This document shows, in pieces, positions 1-9,691 of a stretch of DNA of 64,000 bases. Source of the DNA: a virus. The notes below the pieces were generated by a model. The model searched no databases, was not told the origin of the DNA, and saw nothing but the letters and a program-made list of their open reading frames with translations. Where the stretch lies: positions 32,001 to 96,000 of IMG/VR virus record IMGVR_UViG_3300030060_004280. One strand, 5' to 3'. Numbering within the stretch: position 1 is the stretch's first letter; every line of letters begins with the position of its first letter. Position numbers and translations under genes: made by a program.

Positions 1-645
1 ACAAGGCTACTGATGAAAGCAAACCTAACTCATGAAGGGTGGGGTAATATGACTCCGGCAGAAAAAGAAGAAGTGGCGAGAACAATGATGCATGAGATGT
101 TCACACCCGATGCGTCTTTTGAACCGCAACTTATGACAGCCGTTGATAACTACTACACATTAGTTAGAGGTATGGATAAACACATGAGTGATGTTGTATG
201 TTCTTTCATTCCGAATGTTCTATCTTACACAGTTCTCTTTGCTACTCACATTGCTATGATGAGAGTGATGAGAGATAACATACATGTTGAGGCTGAATGG
301 ACGGTAACAGGTGATGATGTTGAAATGGCCGCAGAAGTCATTTATGATATATACGAGCAACTTGTCCTTTGGCTTGAGTCCGAAGTTGAAGTTGGTGCTA
401 AGGCGGCTGAAAAAGCGGCGCGCATTGATGGTTGGATGAAGGCATACAAAGTGTGCAAGAGTGTCGAGGTTGAAGGTCGCGGTAATGGATGGGTTCTAAA
501 GAGTGACATGATGACCCGTTACATGAGCCAACAAGGTCGAAGCCAAACTGCAACCTATGAACGATTCAAGTCTGTCAAAGACAAGTTCCAAACAACGCGT
601 GTTAATAACTCGGTATATATTAGACCAAAGGAGGAATCACAATGA
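1..645 (+). CDS. 5'-truncated protein, possibly C-terminal AAA+ lid region of an MCM-like replication ATPase
   Basis: Frame is open to the window edge. 'HIAMMR...WTVTGDDVEMAAEVI' resembles the MCM-type lid segment (V-T-x-x-D-V-x-x-A). No Walker motifs in view. Confidence 0.35.
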   Translation, partial: TRLLMKANLTHEGWGNMTPAEKEEVARTMMHEMFTPDASFEPQLMTAVDNYYTLVRGMDKHMSDVVCSFIPNVLSYTVLFATHIAMMRVMRDNIHVEAEWTVTGDDVEMAAEVIYDIYEQLVLWLESEVEVGAKAAEKAARIDGWMKAYKVCKSVEVEGRGNGWVLKSDMMTRYMSQQGRSQTATYERFKSVKDKFQTTRVNNSVYIRPKEESQ

Positions 646-911
646 GTGAAGATAGAAGAGAACGCTTTGAAGCAAGGCGTAAAGAACAACAAGAGCATTA
701 CAAAGAATTACTTCGTGAAATACTTGACACCCTTGAAGGTGGTGATGTATCACTTGACTTTGAAGATGCACCAAGCGCGGCTACAACTATTCGTATCATA
801 GCCAATATTGCCGGAACTGCTTTGCGCGGTCTTGAATCAATTGAAGAATTAAAAAGAATATTGGATAAAGAGTTTGGTGATGAAGATAACCACAAGGAGA
901 TGAGCAAGTGA
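642..911 (+). CDS. hypothetical protein (89 aa, charged, helical)
   Basis: ATGA overlap with the upstream gene, GGAGG upstream, and overlap with the next start. Confidence 0.75.
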   Translation: MSEDRRERFEARRKEQQEHYKELLREILDTLEGGDVSLDFEDAPSAATTIRIIANIAGTALRGLESIEELKRILDKEFGDEDNHKEMSK

Positions 912-1525
912 GTAAAGTAATGGCTATTGACATTGAAACTTCAAACTACTCTTATGAGATTGGTGGATGGGATAAGACCCATCTGTTCGACCCTGTATGC
1001 GTAGCAACATGGGATGGAGAGAATGCACATATCTTCTCAAAAGAAAGCGATGTTCATGTCCCTCATGCTAATGTTCATCCACTACACCCAAGAGTATTAG
1101 GTGAGCATTTACAGAAGCATGTTGAAGCCGGTGGTAAGATTATCGGTCATAACATACGCGGATTCGACTTACCCGTTCTCCGAGATGCACTTGACATGCA
1201 CTATGCAGGTGTGTTGATTAAGAACGCTGACAAGCATTTGATTGATACTTCATGGACTCTTCGCTCAAGCGCGGGTCAAAGAGTCCCACTTGATGATGTA
1301 TGCAAGCATACGCTCGGTAAAGGTAAAGAGATAATGCATTCCGAAGATGCACCCGTTGCATGGCGTGAAGGACAGTTTTCTAAGGTAATGAAATACTGCT
1401 TGCAAGATTGTCAATTAAACTATGACCTGTTTGAACACGGTCGAAAGAAAGGCGTTGTAAAAGCGCGAAACGAGGATTCCGGCATCATCACAGACATTGA
1501 GGTGCTTTGGAAATTGGAGGAATAA
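908..1525 (+). CDS. DnaQ/DEDD-like 3'-5' exonuclease (RNase H fold)
   Basis: Exo I 'AIDIET', Exo II 'GHNIRGFDLPVL', Exo III 'YCLQD'. Confidence 0.85.
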   Translation: MSKVMAIDIETSNYSYEIGGWDKTHLFDPVCVATWDGENAHIFSKESDVHVPHANVHPLHPRVLGEHLQKHVEAGGKIIGHNIRGFDLPVLRDALDMHYAGVLIKNADKHLIDTSWTLRSSAGQRVPLDDVCKHTLGKGKEIMHSEDAPVAWREGQFSKVMKYCLQDCQLNYDLFEHGRKKGVVKARNEDSGIITDIEVLWKLEE

Positions 1526-1527
1526 AT

Positions 1528-3030
1528 ATGAGCGAAGAAAGAAAAAACGGACGCGAAGCCCAAATTAGCAATATACGAGCCGCCGTGAATATAGCGGAAA
1601 CCGTGAGGTCAACACTTGGCCCCGCAGGTATGGATAAGATGCTTGTCGATGAACAAGGACATACTATCGTTACTAACGATGGTGTGACAATCTTACGAGA
1701 ATTAGACACAGCCCATCCGGGTGCGAAGATGATGGTTGGTATCAGTCAAACGCAAGAGCAGGTCTGTAAAGATGGAACGACAAGTGTTGTTGTTCTTGGC
1801 GGACAGATGCTTGCGCTAAGCGAAGGTTTGTTACTAAGAGGTATTCATCCACAGACAATTGTTCGTGCTTACAACAACGCAAGTAATATCGCAATGAAAG
1901 CAGTTGAAGGACAAGCCAATAGCGGAGATGAAATCGCTATTGCTAAAACAGCACTACGAGGTAAAGCCGCAGAAAGTCATTTGGAAGATGCGGCTTCATT
2001 ATGTATTGAAGTTGCAGAAGCAGTTGAAGGTGATATGGACCGAGTTCGTATCATCACACAAGCGGGAGGTTCTATCAAAGATTCTTATTGGGATTCGGGA
2101 TTGATATTGAGTAAAGATTTTGCAATCCCAACAGAAAAGAAGTTTGAGGATGCGCGCATTCTATTGATTGATGGTGGGCTTGAAGGGTTTGATTTCAGCG
2201 AAGTTCAAATGCAAGTAACCGACCCTACTCAAATGCAACAAATACAACAGCAAGAGATGGCTATGCTCGGACATGCCGCGCAAGAGATTAGTGAGATATG
2301 TGATATACTCTTTGTTCGTGATGGAGTGCATGAAGCAGTTGTAAAGTATCTTGCCGCGAAAGACATAGGTGTTGTTTCTCGACTTCAACAATCGGACATG
2401 GACGCTCTAACCCGAATTACAGGTTTGAACTGTTATCATCGCTTTACAGACGCTCTTGAAGATGATTTGAAAGTGAAAGGTTCTGCGATAGGTAATCAGC
2501 GTATTGGTGACCTTGACTATGTTAGTGTGATAGTGCCTAACTCAACAGTTGTTACGATGGTTGTTCGTGGTGCTACTCGACAAACACTTGACGAGTATGA
2601 AAGAGCCTTCGATGATGCGCTCGGTGTAGTGTGTCTATACTTACAAGATACAGGAGATGGTGTTCTTGCAGGTGGTGGCGCGGCTTTGTCTAAAGCGTCT
2701 GTTGCTGTTCGTCAACATGCTCAAAAAGAGAAAAACATGAGTGCAAGAGAGCGTATGTGTTTAGAGGCATACGCAGACTCTCTTGAGATTATTCCTGCGG
2801 CTATCGCTAACAATGCAGGAATGGACCCGCTTGATGTTGTCATGGAATTACGGTCTTGTCCTTCTAATCACGGTTTATTCGTCAATGATGAGGGCGTTGG
2901 TTCTGTTTGTAATACATTCAAAGAAGGTGTTGTTGAGCCGACACAATTAGTTAGACAAATTATTAAGAGCGCAACCGAGGTAGCAACAGCGATTCTTCGT
3001 ATTGATGATATAGTAGCGCGTAAGGGATAA
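1528..3030 (+). CDS. ths: virus-encoded group II chaperonin (thermosome-like subunit)
   Basis: 'STLGPAGMDKMLVD', 'TNDGVTIL', 'DGTTS', 'AGGGA', 'GVVEP', 'ATEVATAILRIDD'. ATG at 1528 follows GGAGG. Confidence 0.95.
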   Translation: MSEERKNGREAQISNIRAAVNIAETVRSTLGPAGMDKMLVDEQGHTIVTNDGVTILRELDTAHPGAKMMVGISQTQEQVCKDGTTSVVVLGGQMLALSEGLLLRGIHPQTIVRAYNNASNIAMKAVEGQANSGDEIAIAKTALRGKAAESHLEDAASLCIEVAEAVEGDMDRVRIITQAGGSIKDSYWDSGLILSKDFAIPTEKKFEDARILLIDGGLEGFDFSEVQMQVTDPTQMQQIQQQEMAMLGHAAQEISEICDILFVRDGVHEAVVKYLAAKDIGVVSRLQQSDMDALTRITGLNCYHRFTDALEDDLKVKGSAIGNQRIGDLDYVSVIVPNSTVVTMVVRGATRQTLDEYERAFDDALGVVCLYLQDTGDGVLAGGGAALSKASVAVRQHAQKEKNMSARERMCLEAYADSLEIIPAAIANNAGMDPLDVVMELRSCPSNHGLFVNDEGVGSVCNTFKEGVVEPTQLVRQIIKSATEVATAILRIDDIVARKG

Positions 3031-3032
3031 TA

Positions 3033-3155
3033 ATGTGGAAAGAGATTGGTTTTATTTTAGGATTACTTATTGTAATCGAGATAGGTTATCGTTTATTCGA
3101 TTATATCCTATATCGACTCAACAACATGCCCGGTAAAATGGATGAAGAAGAGTGA
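3033..3155 (+). CDS. small putative membrane protein (40 aa, below ORF-track cutoff)
   Basis: Hand translation MWKEIGFILGLLIVIEIGYRLFDYILYRLNNMPGKMDEEE. Starts 2 nt after the chaperonin stop. Confidence 0.6.
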   Translation: MWKEIGFILGLLIVIEIGYRLFDYILYRLNNMPGKMDEEE

Positions 3156-3314
3156 TTATTGCGGTCCTTTTCTTAGACCGTTCCAATGCATCTTTTGTAA
3201 TTCTTCATCATCGTCAAAGAAGATTACATCTGTTCCGAGGTCGTCAAAAGAGAACCACATTGTTAGATAACCTGCTAAAAAGGCAACAATAAATAGCGCG
3301 AAGTAATACCACAT
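3156..3314 (-). CDS. small putative membrane protein (52 aa, not in ORF track)
   Basis: Hand translation MWYYFALFIVAFLAGYLTMWFSFDDLGTDVIFFDDDEELQKMHWNGLRKGPQ. N-terminal hydrophobic helix; its stop abuts the convergent + strand stop. Confidence 0.6.
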   Translation of the reverse strand: MWYYFALFIVAFLAGYLTMWFSFDDLGTDVIFFDDDEELQKMHWNGLRKGPQ

Positions 3315-3351
3315 GATTAACCCATAGCGGTGTAAAAATTAAACCTTTTTA

Positions 3352-3516
3352 TCAGTAGTAATTATCAATCATCTTCTTCAATGAAGATTTATTCTGCTTA
3401 TCTAACAAAGCATAGCAAGGACATTTCGGTGCAGTTTTAGAACACTCCATCTTATCTTTTAACATACAGACGCAAGGAGTTTTTTTAGTTGCACCGCAAC
3501 AGCATTTATCTTTCAT
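3352..3516 (-). CDS. Cys-rich metallothionein-like miniprotein (54 aa, not in ORF track)
   Basis: MKDKCCCGATKKTPCVCMLKDKMECSKTAPKCPCYALLDKQNKSSLKKMIDNYY, 8 Cys. ATGA overlap with the upstream stop. Confidence 0.65.
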   Translation of the reverse strand: MKDKCCCGATKKTPCVCMLKDKMECSKTAPKCPCYALLDKQNKSSLKKMIDNYY

Positions 3517-3710
3517 TTCTTCTTGCCACCCTTTTTCTTCTTGCCGAACTTACCGCGACAGTATTGAACAGCCCAACCGTTTGCATATGCTGATGGATAG
3601 ACTTTGAACTTGCGTTTAGCCGCCGCTTTACCTGCGGGGCATAACTTCTTTTCTATCGAATCCCATGCTTGATTTAGACAAGAGCAATGTTCACAATTAC
3701 ATTCATTCAT
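3513..3710 (-). CDS. small basic protein with AWxxIxK-like leader
   Basis: 'QAWDSIEK' then 'AAAKRKFKVYPSAYANGWAVQYC', a basic module I recall from marine phage proteins. Overlap-coupled on both sides. Confidence 0.75.
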   Translation of the reverse strand: MNECNCEHCSCLNQAWDSIEKKLCPAGKAAAKRKFKVYPSAYANGWAVQYCRGKFGKKKKGGKKK

Positions 3711-5256
3711 AGATACTCACCATTTTTACTATTGTAGGTTTTCCACCAACACCTTGTTTTCTGCTACGCTTGCGTTTAGTAGCCGCGCGTTTCTGTCCTT
3801 CGGACATAGAACCCGATGTTTTTGGAGTCTTATTTGATACCTTCACGCTTGGTCTGCACTTCGGATAACCCTTGCTTGATTTTTTTGCTTTACTACGCCC
3901 GCAAGGAGGGTGTTTGCCGTCTTTATTTTTACGCGAAACATCAACCCACTTCTCTTTGAACCATCGGTTGAGATTCTTCTTGAGTGTGCCGCGCTCTTTG
4001 AAATGTCTTGCGCGGTTAGCATGCATGTCTTCGGGAACAATCGTGCCTCTTGCTGTGTGGCTCATGTCCTTGCCACCTTTACCGGCTACTCCGCGCTTGC
4101 GTCGTTCTTGAGTTAATTCAGTTCGATACTTTCTGCGTTCCGGTGTGGACTCATACTTGGTATCGTATTCCTTTTTATGCTTCTTGGCTTCGGGACTCTC
4201 GGCATGTTTCAACAAGCGCATGGCTATATCCATTGGTTCACCTGTGCGTATATCGGGGTGTCGCATGTCCTGCATTGTCTTTGGAGGGTTACCTTGCGCA
4301 TCAACCAATTGTGTTACTTGTTGCGGCCTCATCGCATCTATCTTTATGTGTGGTTCAAAGTCGGGGTCGGGAGCCATTGGGAATAAACCCATAAAGCCAC
4401 TACCGCCGGGAGGTTTCTTTTTATCCTGCTGATATGTTCGCGTTGGTGTAACTTCACCAACTTTCACCCTGTCGAATTGTTGTCTTTTGTAATGCGGGCT
4501 ACCCATGTCATCTCCCACTTGCAACATATCGGGATGATTCGCTACACAATCTTCTGTTGAGCATCCTACCGCGCCTTCATCGGTGTATATTCTAAGACCT
4601 TCACCGCAATGTGAACACGGACCGCCACTATCTTCTAAATCTCTATCACCTTGAATTGGATTTCCATGCATGTCATAAGATGTGACAGCACTTCTTAGTG
4701 GATGGTTTTCATTTGTCATAGCGCTACCGAATGAATCTCCCAACTGTTTCTGTTTCTGTGCATACTTTTTAGCGGCGCGTTTCTTTTCCATGTAATCATG
4801 CAATCTCTTTTTTTCATCTTTTTCATCCCTGTCGTCGGGGTGAAAGATAGGCGCTTTCTGTATCATGCCGAGCATTTCCATTTCTTCAATTGTTGATTCA
4901 GCGCGTCGAAACCCCATGTTCTGTTGCCTTTCCTCTTCGTTCTCATTAACAACTTGCTGAATGTCTTGGTCGGGTTGAGGTATGGATAGTGTTTGTTGAC
5001 CCGGCTTCATCATTGCCGCGCGTTCAGCCTCATACTTTTCTTGCATCTTTCTGCGTCGTTCTCTTTCTTTTTCATCTGCTTCAACGCGTCGAAGATAGTC
5101 GCTAACTTCTGTTAGACCTGCGTTTTCCCCTGCAAGAGTTGCTTGCGGCGAATCTTGAATTAAAACTTGTTGACCGGGTTGCGCGGCGGCAATTGCCTTT
5201 GCTCTTTTGGATTTTAGCATATCAAAAGCCGAATCAAATACGGTGCTTTTTTTCAT
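3703..5256 (-). CDS. multi-module putative virion cargo polyprotein
   Basis: ATG at 5256 after GGAGG. Modules are separated by 'SAFDMLKS', 'GMIQKA', 'GEPMDIAMRLLKH' and 'TLKK'. Contains a CSHC..CSTEDC ribbon and a 'RWFKEKWVD..PCGR..GYPKCRP' basic domain. Confidence 0.8.
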   Translation of the reverse strand: MKKSTVFDSAFDMLKSKRAKAIAAAQPGQQVLIQDSPQATLAGENAGLTEVSDYLRRVEADEKERERRRKMQEKYEAERAAMMKPGQQTLSIPQPDQDIQQVVNENEEERQQNMGFRRAESTIEEMEMLGMIQKAPIFHPDDRDEKDEKKRLHDYMEKKRAAKKYAQKQKQLGDSFGSAMTNENHPLRSAVTSYDMHGNPIQGDRDLEDSGGPCSHCGEGLRIYTDEGAVGCSTEDCVANHPDMLQVGDDMGSPHYKRQQFDRVKVGEVTPTRTYQQDKKKPPGGSGFMGLFPMAPDPDFEPHIKIDAMRPQQVTQLVDAQGNPPKTMQDMRHPDIRTGEPMDIAMRLLKHAESPEAKKHKKEYDTKYESTPERRKYRTELTQERRKRGVAGKGGKDMSHTARGTIVPEDMHANRARHFKERGTLKKNLNRWFKEKWVDVSRKNKDGKHPPCGRSKAKKSSKGYPKCRPSVKVSNKTPKTSGSMSEGQKRAATKRKRSRKQGVGGKPTIVKMVSIYE

Positions 5257-5386
5257 ATGCCTCCCTCTTCTTTTCGCAACTTTCGCAATGACCCCATTCT
5301 CCAAGTGTTGCCGATGAGTCCCAATAACATCGACCGCAGAATGGCATCCATCGCTTATTCCACCTTTCTATTTCATCTTCGCTCAC
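5234..5386 (-). CDS. small Zn-finger protein (50 aa, not in ORF track)
   Basis: GTG start after GGAG. MSEDEIERWNKRWMPFCGRCYWDSSATLGEWGHCESCEKKREAYEKKHRI has two CxxC pairs and fills the gap between neighbours. Confidence 0.65.
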   Translation of the reverse strand: MSEDEIERWNKRWMPFCGRCYWDSSATLGEWGHCESCEKKREAYEKKHRI

Positions 5387-6614
5387 ACTTGCACACTCCG
5401 CGCGGTCCCTTCATTTGACCGCACCCTGCGCATTGCCTCATGAATGTCTTTTCTTTCTGTTCATCCTTTAACAAACGGAAAGCCAAATCCATAGGTTCAC
5501 TTAATGTGAATTGACCGTATTCGGGAAAATCGTCTGCCTCTTCTTCTTCTTCTAATGGGTTTGAAAGTTTTGTTGGTCTAACAGGTGGCGTAAATCCCGA
5601 ATATTCTTCTTGGAAAGTGGCTTCTCCGCGACCGCGCGGACCCAACTCTCTTAGAGTTTTACCTGTTCTTGTGGATGGTTTATCTTTTCGACCACCTTCA
5701 ACACCACCGCTTGCGCCGAAAGGAATTGTATGACCCGATGGCTCAAACATGAGGTTGTTCGCACCCTCCATTCTCTCATCGTCCGCATCTTCAAAATCTG
5801 CGCGCCTTGCTCCTGTATCAGCATCTATACCGAGTCTTTCTAAAAACTCCCTTGTATTTTTCTGCTCTCGCTCTTCATCTGTTACGCCAAAATTAGTTTT
5901 TTTGCCATGCTTTTCGTCAAGTAATTCATTGTATTCTTCATGCATTTCGTCAGTATATGGGTCATCCACATATCCGTCATCGTCCATGATATTACGCCGA
6001 ACACCAACCATCGCTCGTCTTTGCTCATAGCGCTGTTTTCCTAACTTCTGCATTTCATCTTTCAGTTTTCCAATGTCGACTCCTTCAAAGTTTTTAGAAC
6101 GGAGTGAAGATGGATTCATGCCTAACTTTCGCGCTAACAATGTGATATTAGCATTAGATAAATTGGTATCACCTTTATTTTCACCAAGAGAATAATTTTT
6201 CACCCATCTATCAAAGTGTGAAGTATCAAAGGGTTTCTTAGGCATCTTCTTACGCGAAGACCCTCCTGTTTGTTTGTTAGCGTATCTTAGATTTTGATTG
6301 ACTCCGCTTTCTCTATTCGCTCTTGCTTGGTCTATCTTTTGTTTTACTTCTTCACTCGCGGTTCCTGCGTTGTAAGCATCCATTTCTTTCGCTCTTTGCT
6401 CTCTTCGCGCTTGTCGCTCACGATAGGCTTGTTCTCTTTCTGCTCTTGTTTTTTTCTGTTTAAGGACATTGAAAGCCTTTTTCATTGACTTGTCTTTTTT
6501 GTAATTGCGCTCACCCGGACCCATCTTAGGGTGCTTTCCAACAGCAATAACTAAGACGGAGTGATTGCCTTTTTGCTCCTTGTTAGGTTTCATTACATCT
6601 TCACCTTTAGACAT
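5373..6614 (-). CDS. charged low-complexity protein with two AFxxLK tags and C-terminal Cys cluster
   Basis: 'KKAFNVLKQ' and 'SEPMDLAFRLLKD'; ends CAGC..CKC. GGTGA precedes the ATG at 6614. Confidence 0.8.
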   Translation of the reverse strand: MSKGEDVMKPNKEQKGNHSVLVIAVGKHPKMGPGERNYKKDKSMKKAFNVLKQKKTRAEREQAYRERQARREQRAKEMDAYNAGTASEEVKQKIDQARANRESGVNQNLRYANKQTGGSSRKKMPKKPFDTSHFDRWVKNYSLGENKGDTNLSNANITLLARKLGMNPSSLRSKNFEGVDIGKLKDEMQKLGKQRYEQRRAMVGVRRNIMDDDGYVDDPYTDEMHEEYNELLDEKHGKKTNFGVTDEEREQKNTREFLERLGIDADTGARRADFEDADDERMEGANNLMFEPSGHTIPFGASGGVEGGRKDKPSTRTGKTLRELGPRGRGEATFQEEYSGFTPPVRPTKLSNPLEEEEEADDFPEYGQFTLSEPMDLAFRLLKDEQKEKTFMRQCAGCGQMKGPRGVCKCERR

Positions 6615-6813
6615 CCAAATCACCTATTTTGTGTTTCTTAAACTTACCTTTGTTTAGGCGCGACTCCTGCCAAAGATGACCGCATGGCGGACACTCCCAA
6701 ATCAGCACACGCGTATCTCGTTCATTAACATAGCGCCCTTCTATACGACGCGCGAGAACATTTCTTTTACACATAGCGCATTGTTGACTTAATCTATCTT
6801 TTAATTTTCCCAT
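6607..6813 (-). CDS. Zn-ribbon protein
   Basis: CAMC...WECPPCGHLW. Confidence 0.75.
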   Translation of the reverse strand: MGKLKDRLSQQCAMCKRNVLARRIEGRYVNERDTRVLIWECPPCGHLWQESRLNKGKFKKHKIGDLDV

Positions 6814-6826
6814 ATTATCACTTCTA

Positions 6827-7615
6827 TCATGCAATAAATACCACTTTCATATAGCAAGACCCTACATATGTTGAACTACCGGAGGTTGGATTTGTAGTCG
6901 CTGTCGTAACAACGGGTTGTCCTTTCGCCGCGCCTGTTATCGTGAACTGCATTATCACTTCTGCTTGAGAGGATATGGCAGTTGTGTCAAACTCAATAAA
7001 CCCTGTTTGACTTCGCATTGGGTTTGCGCTCACATTAAAAGCCCCTCCCCCATTTAGGGGTATGGATGACGCATTTGCAACAACAGATGCATTAGCGGTA
7101 GCCGAAGGGTGGCTACCATTGTAAGAACCGTTTTGGTTGTAACCACTTATGATGTATCTAAGCATAACAATTTCTTGAAAATTATTAGTTGAAACATATA
7201 TGGTTCCGGGTTCCATTGTAATGCTGTTTAGATGAGTGAATCCTGTATTTGCTTGAGTTGTGGGTGGCGTTAATGATTGTAAAACAGTTGCTACATAATC
7301 AGCAACAACAATTTCGGTTTGTCCCGCCGTATTGATATTAGTGCCTCCGGCATTTGTTGCTTGAGCGTGACTATTAATCCCTGTGTTTGGGTCTAACTTT
7401 ATTGTATCTCTTACAAACACACTCGCCATAGTTTGATTGTTAGTAAAGGGTGGCGATAATGATTGATTCATTTCTGTTAGACTTACTACACCTAAATCAA
7501 AAGGCGCGCTACCTGTCGGGAAAACCCCCGGCGGTGGCGGTGGTGCGCCACCACCTGCGCGCTTTTTCTTATCCTTCATAGAAGTGCCTTTTTTCAACGC
7601 CCACATTGGATTCAT
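6827..7615 (-). CDS. hypothetical virion-associated beta-rich protein
   Basis: Directly after the tail fibre gene. T/N/S-rich body behind a basic and poly-Pro N-terminus ('MNPMWALKKG'). Confidence 0.6.
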   Translation of the reverse strand: MNPMWALKKGTSMKDKKKRAGGGAPPPPPGVFPTGSAPFDLGVVSLTEMNQSLSPPFTNNQTMASVFVRDTIKLDPNTGINSHAQATNAGGTNINTAGQTEIVVADYVATVLQSLTPPTTQANTGFTHLNSITMEPGTIYVSTNNFQEIVMLRYIISGYNQNGSYNGSHPSATANASVVANASSIPLNGGGAFNVSANPMRSQTGFIEFDTTAISSQAEVIMQFTITGAAKGQPVVTTATTNPTSGSSTYVGSCYMKVVFIA

Positions 7616-7619
7616 AGTA

Positions 7620-9689
7620 TCACAATCCTATTCCATACCAACCTAATATCGGCCCTGCGTAAATTAAAGTAACAGCCTCATGCGCGGGGAGCGAACCGTT
7701 GGTTGATGCACCGTTCAACAATTGCGCGTTTCCGTGTCCGCCACTTGCGGCTAATCCGGTTCTGTCAATCGTCACAGGAGTTCCCGCGCCCGGACCCATA
7801 TCAACATTGATGATGACATAGGTATCGCCCATGCTTGTTCCGTTGCCAAAAGTGGGGTCGGGTAGCCCCCAAGTTGTTCCTCCTGCCGCTAAAATTACCG
7901 TTCCCGCTTCGTCTATTACCAACTCATACTCCATTGCAGTTAATTGATATTGGCCGAAATCAACTACACTTGTTGATGCTCTAAATGTTTGTCCATTAGC
8001 CATAAGTATGTTAGCGTTTGAAACTGCTGTAACTGCTTGAAGGTCGTTGTATGCGGTAGCACCTGTGGCTACGCTATCTAATTTGGTTTTATCAGCCGCA
8101 GACATTGAACCTGCCGCGCCTGTTGTAGCGGCGTTGATGCTAATTGCCGGTGTTGCCCCTCCGGTTGATACAATTGGTAGTGTGCCGGTCACACCTGTCA
8201 CCGTTCCCGCATTGGCTGTTGCACCATCAGCGACATTCAATATCGCTCTTGCCGCCGTTGCGTCTATTTCTTCAATGATACCTGCACCCCCGCTATCACG
8301 ACCAAGCAACACATTCGTTTGTGATACATCTTGTATCTTCGCGTAGGTGATTGCATCGTTATCAACAGTCCATGTAGCGCCGCTACTGCTTACGGTAATG
8401 TCACCTTTGTCACCATCTGTTACTCCACCGCCCGCGATAGGGTAATTGCAACTCATCCATTTGCTACCTTCGTAAATGAATGTAGCGCGTTGACCGGGAT
8501 TCAATACAGCGTTGAGTTCCGGTTGGTCGAAGCGTATATTCCCTTTACCTGCAACTCCTTTGTTACATACTTCAATAACATGACCTTCGGGGAACTTGTA
8601 ATTGGTTCCATCTGTATCGGGGTTAAGAATTACCTCTTGTCCTGTTGCTACACTTAACATCAAAAAAGCATCACCATCAGCCGTTAATGTGTATGTTTGC
8701 CCTCCTGTTAATTCAGTCGTAGTTGCGTCAACACCTTGACCGTCAAGACGCACAGAATAATGACCTGTTGCTTCATTGTTGCGACCTGCAAAATACAAAT
8801 TGTTTCTTACATGATTAGTTCCTAAATCAACACCGCGCGATGGACCATGCCCGAATCCCGGTTGTCCCGATGTAGCAGGAACTTGCACATCTGCTGATGC
8901 GTCGTATCGCGGATGACTCGGCCACAAAGCAGTAATGCTATCGGTATGTGCTAAGTCACCTGTATCTGTTTGAAGCGCGTTTAGATGAGTGATTGTGTTA
9001 ATACCCTCCGTTCCTCCATCACTAACCCTGTTGCTCGCCAAAGCACCCAATGATAACGGAGCCATGTATCGAACAGAAGGAGGCAAGAATATGCGCTTAT
9101 CATTTATCTCTTGAATATCAACAGAATGGTTACCTGTTCCTCCGCCCTTAACTCTTACAATCGCGAGAACTATTGTTTTCATGTTACTTTGAGCAACACC
9201 TGTATTGTAATCTGTTAGATACGCCGAAGGTGCAACGGGATAAAAACCGTTAGTGGCATTGACCGGACCGCCACCTTCGTAGTGAACTTTCGCCTCACCA
9301 CCTGCTGATGCAACATACACTACATAGAGCGCTTCTTCGGATGCTGATGTTAACTGAACGCCACCATTACCGTCTGTTCCATCTCCTAAAACAAGAGTAG
9401 CGCTACCGCCCGGACCATTTGCAAACTCATACAATACACCATCAAGAGCGACATAACCTCCTGTTACTGTCAATGTATGTCCGCTTGCTTTCACCATAGC
9501 GCCCGGTTGTGAGTTAGTAGCGTTGCGCGTTGAACCATATGCACCATCTTCTAATCGGAGAATGCCATTACCGTGAAGTCCTTGTAGCGCATTTGTTAAA
9601 GTCGCTGTTGATAATGCGTCACCATCTCTTAACCCGTCTGCTCCAAGCGTATTCTGCGCGGCTGTGTGTCCCGATAAACTGTCTGTCAT
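7620..9689 (-). CDS. tail fibre / receptor-binding protein
   Basis: G/T/A-rich. Fibre-type segments 'DGDKGDITVSSSGATWTVDNDAITYAKIQ' and 'GSMSAADKTKLD'. Sits at the end of the tail module. Confidence 0.75.
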   Translation of the reverse strand: MTDSLSGHTAAQNTLGADGLRDGDALSTATLTNALQGLHGNGILRLEDGAYGSTRNATNSQPGAMVKASGHTLTVTGGYVALDGVLYEFANGPGGSATLVLGDGTDGNGGVQLTSASEEALYVVYVASAGGEAKVHYEGGGPVNATNGFYPVAPSAYLTDYNTGVAQSNMKTIVLAIVRVKGGGTGNHSVDIQEINDKRIFLPPSVRYMAPLSLGALASNRVSDGGTEGINTITHLNALQTDTGDLAHTDSITALWPSHPRYDASADVQVPATSGQPGFGHGPSRGVDLGTNHVRNNLYFAGRNNEATGHYSVRLDGQGVDATTTELTGGQTYTLTADGDAFLMLSVATGQEVILNPDTDGTNYKFPEGHVIEVCNKGVAGKGNIRFDQPELNAVLNPGQRATFIYEGSKWMSCNYPIAGGGVTDGDKGDITVSSSGATWTVDNDAITYAKIQDVSQTNVLLGRDSGGAGIIEEIDATAARAILNVADGATANAGTVTGVTGTLPIVSTGGATPAISINAATTGAAGSMSAADKTKLDSVATGATAYNDLQAVTAVSNANILMANGQTFRASTSVVDFGQYQLTAMEYELVIDEAGTVILAAGGTTWGLPDPTFGNGTSMGDTYVIINVDMGPGAGTPVTIDRTGLAASGGHGNAQLLNGASTNGSLPAHEAVTLIYAGPILGWYGIGL

Positions 9690-9691
9690 AA

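Noticed and set aside
5257-5304. Upstream alternative starts given by the ORF track (also 1507, 40427, 42046, 50825, 61569)
   Set aside because: Downstream ATGs with better RBS or spacing avoid long overlaps with neighbouring genes.
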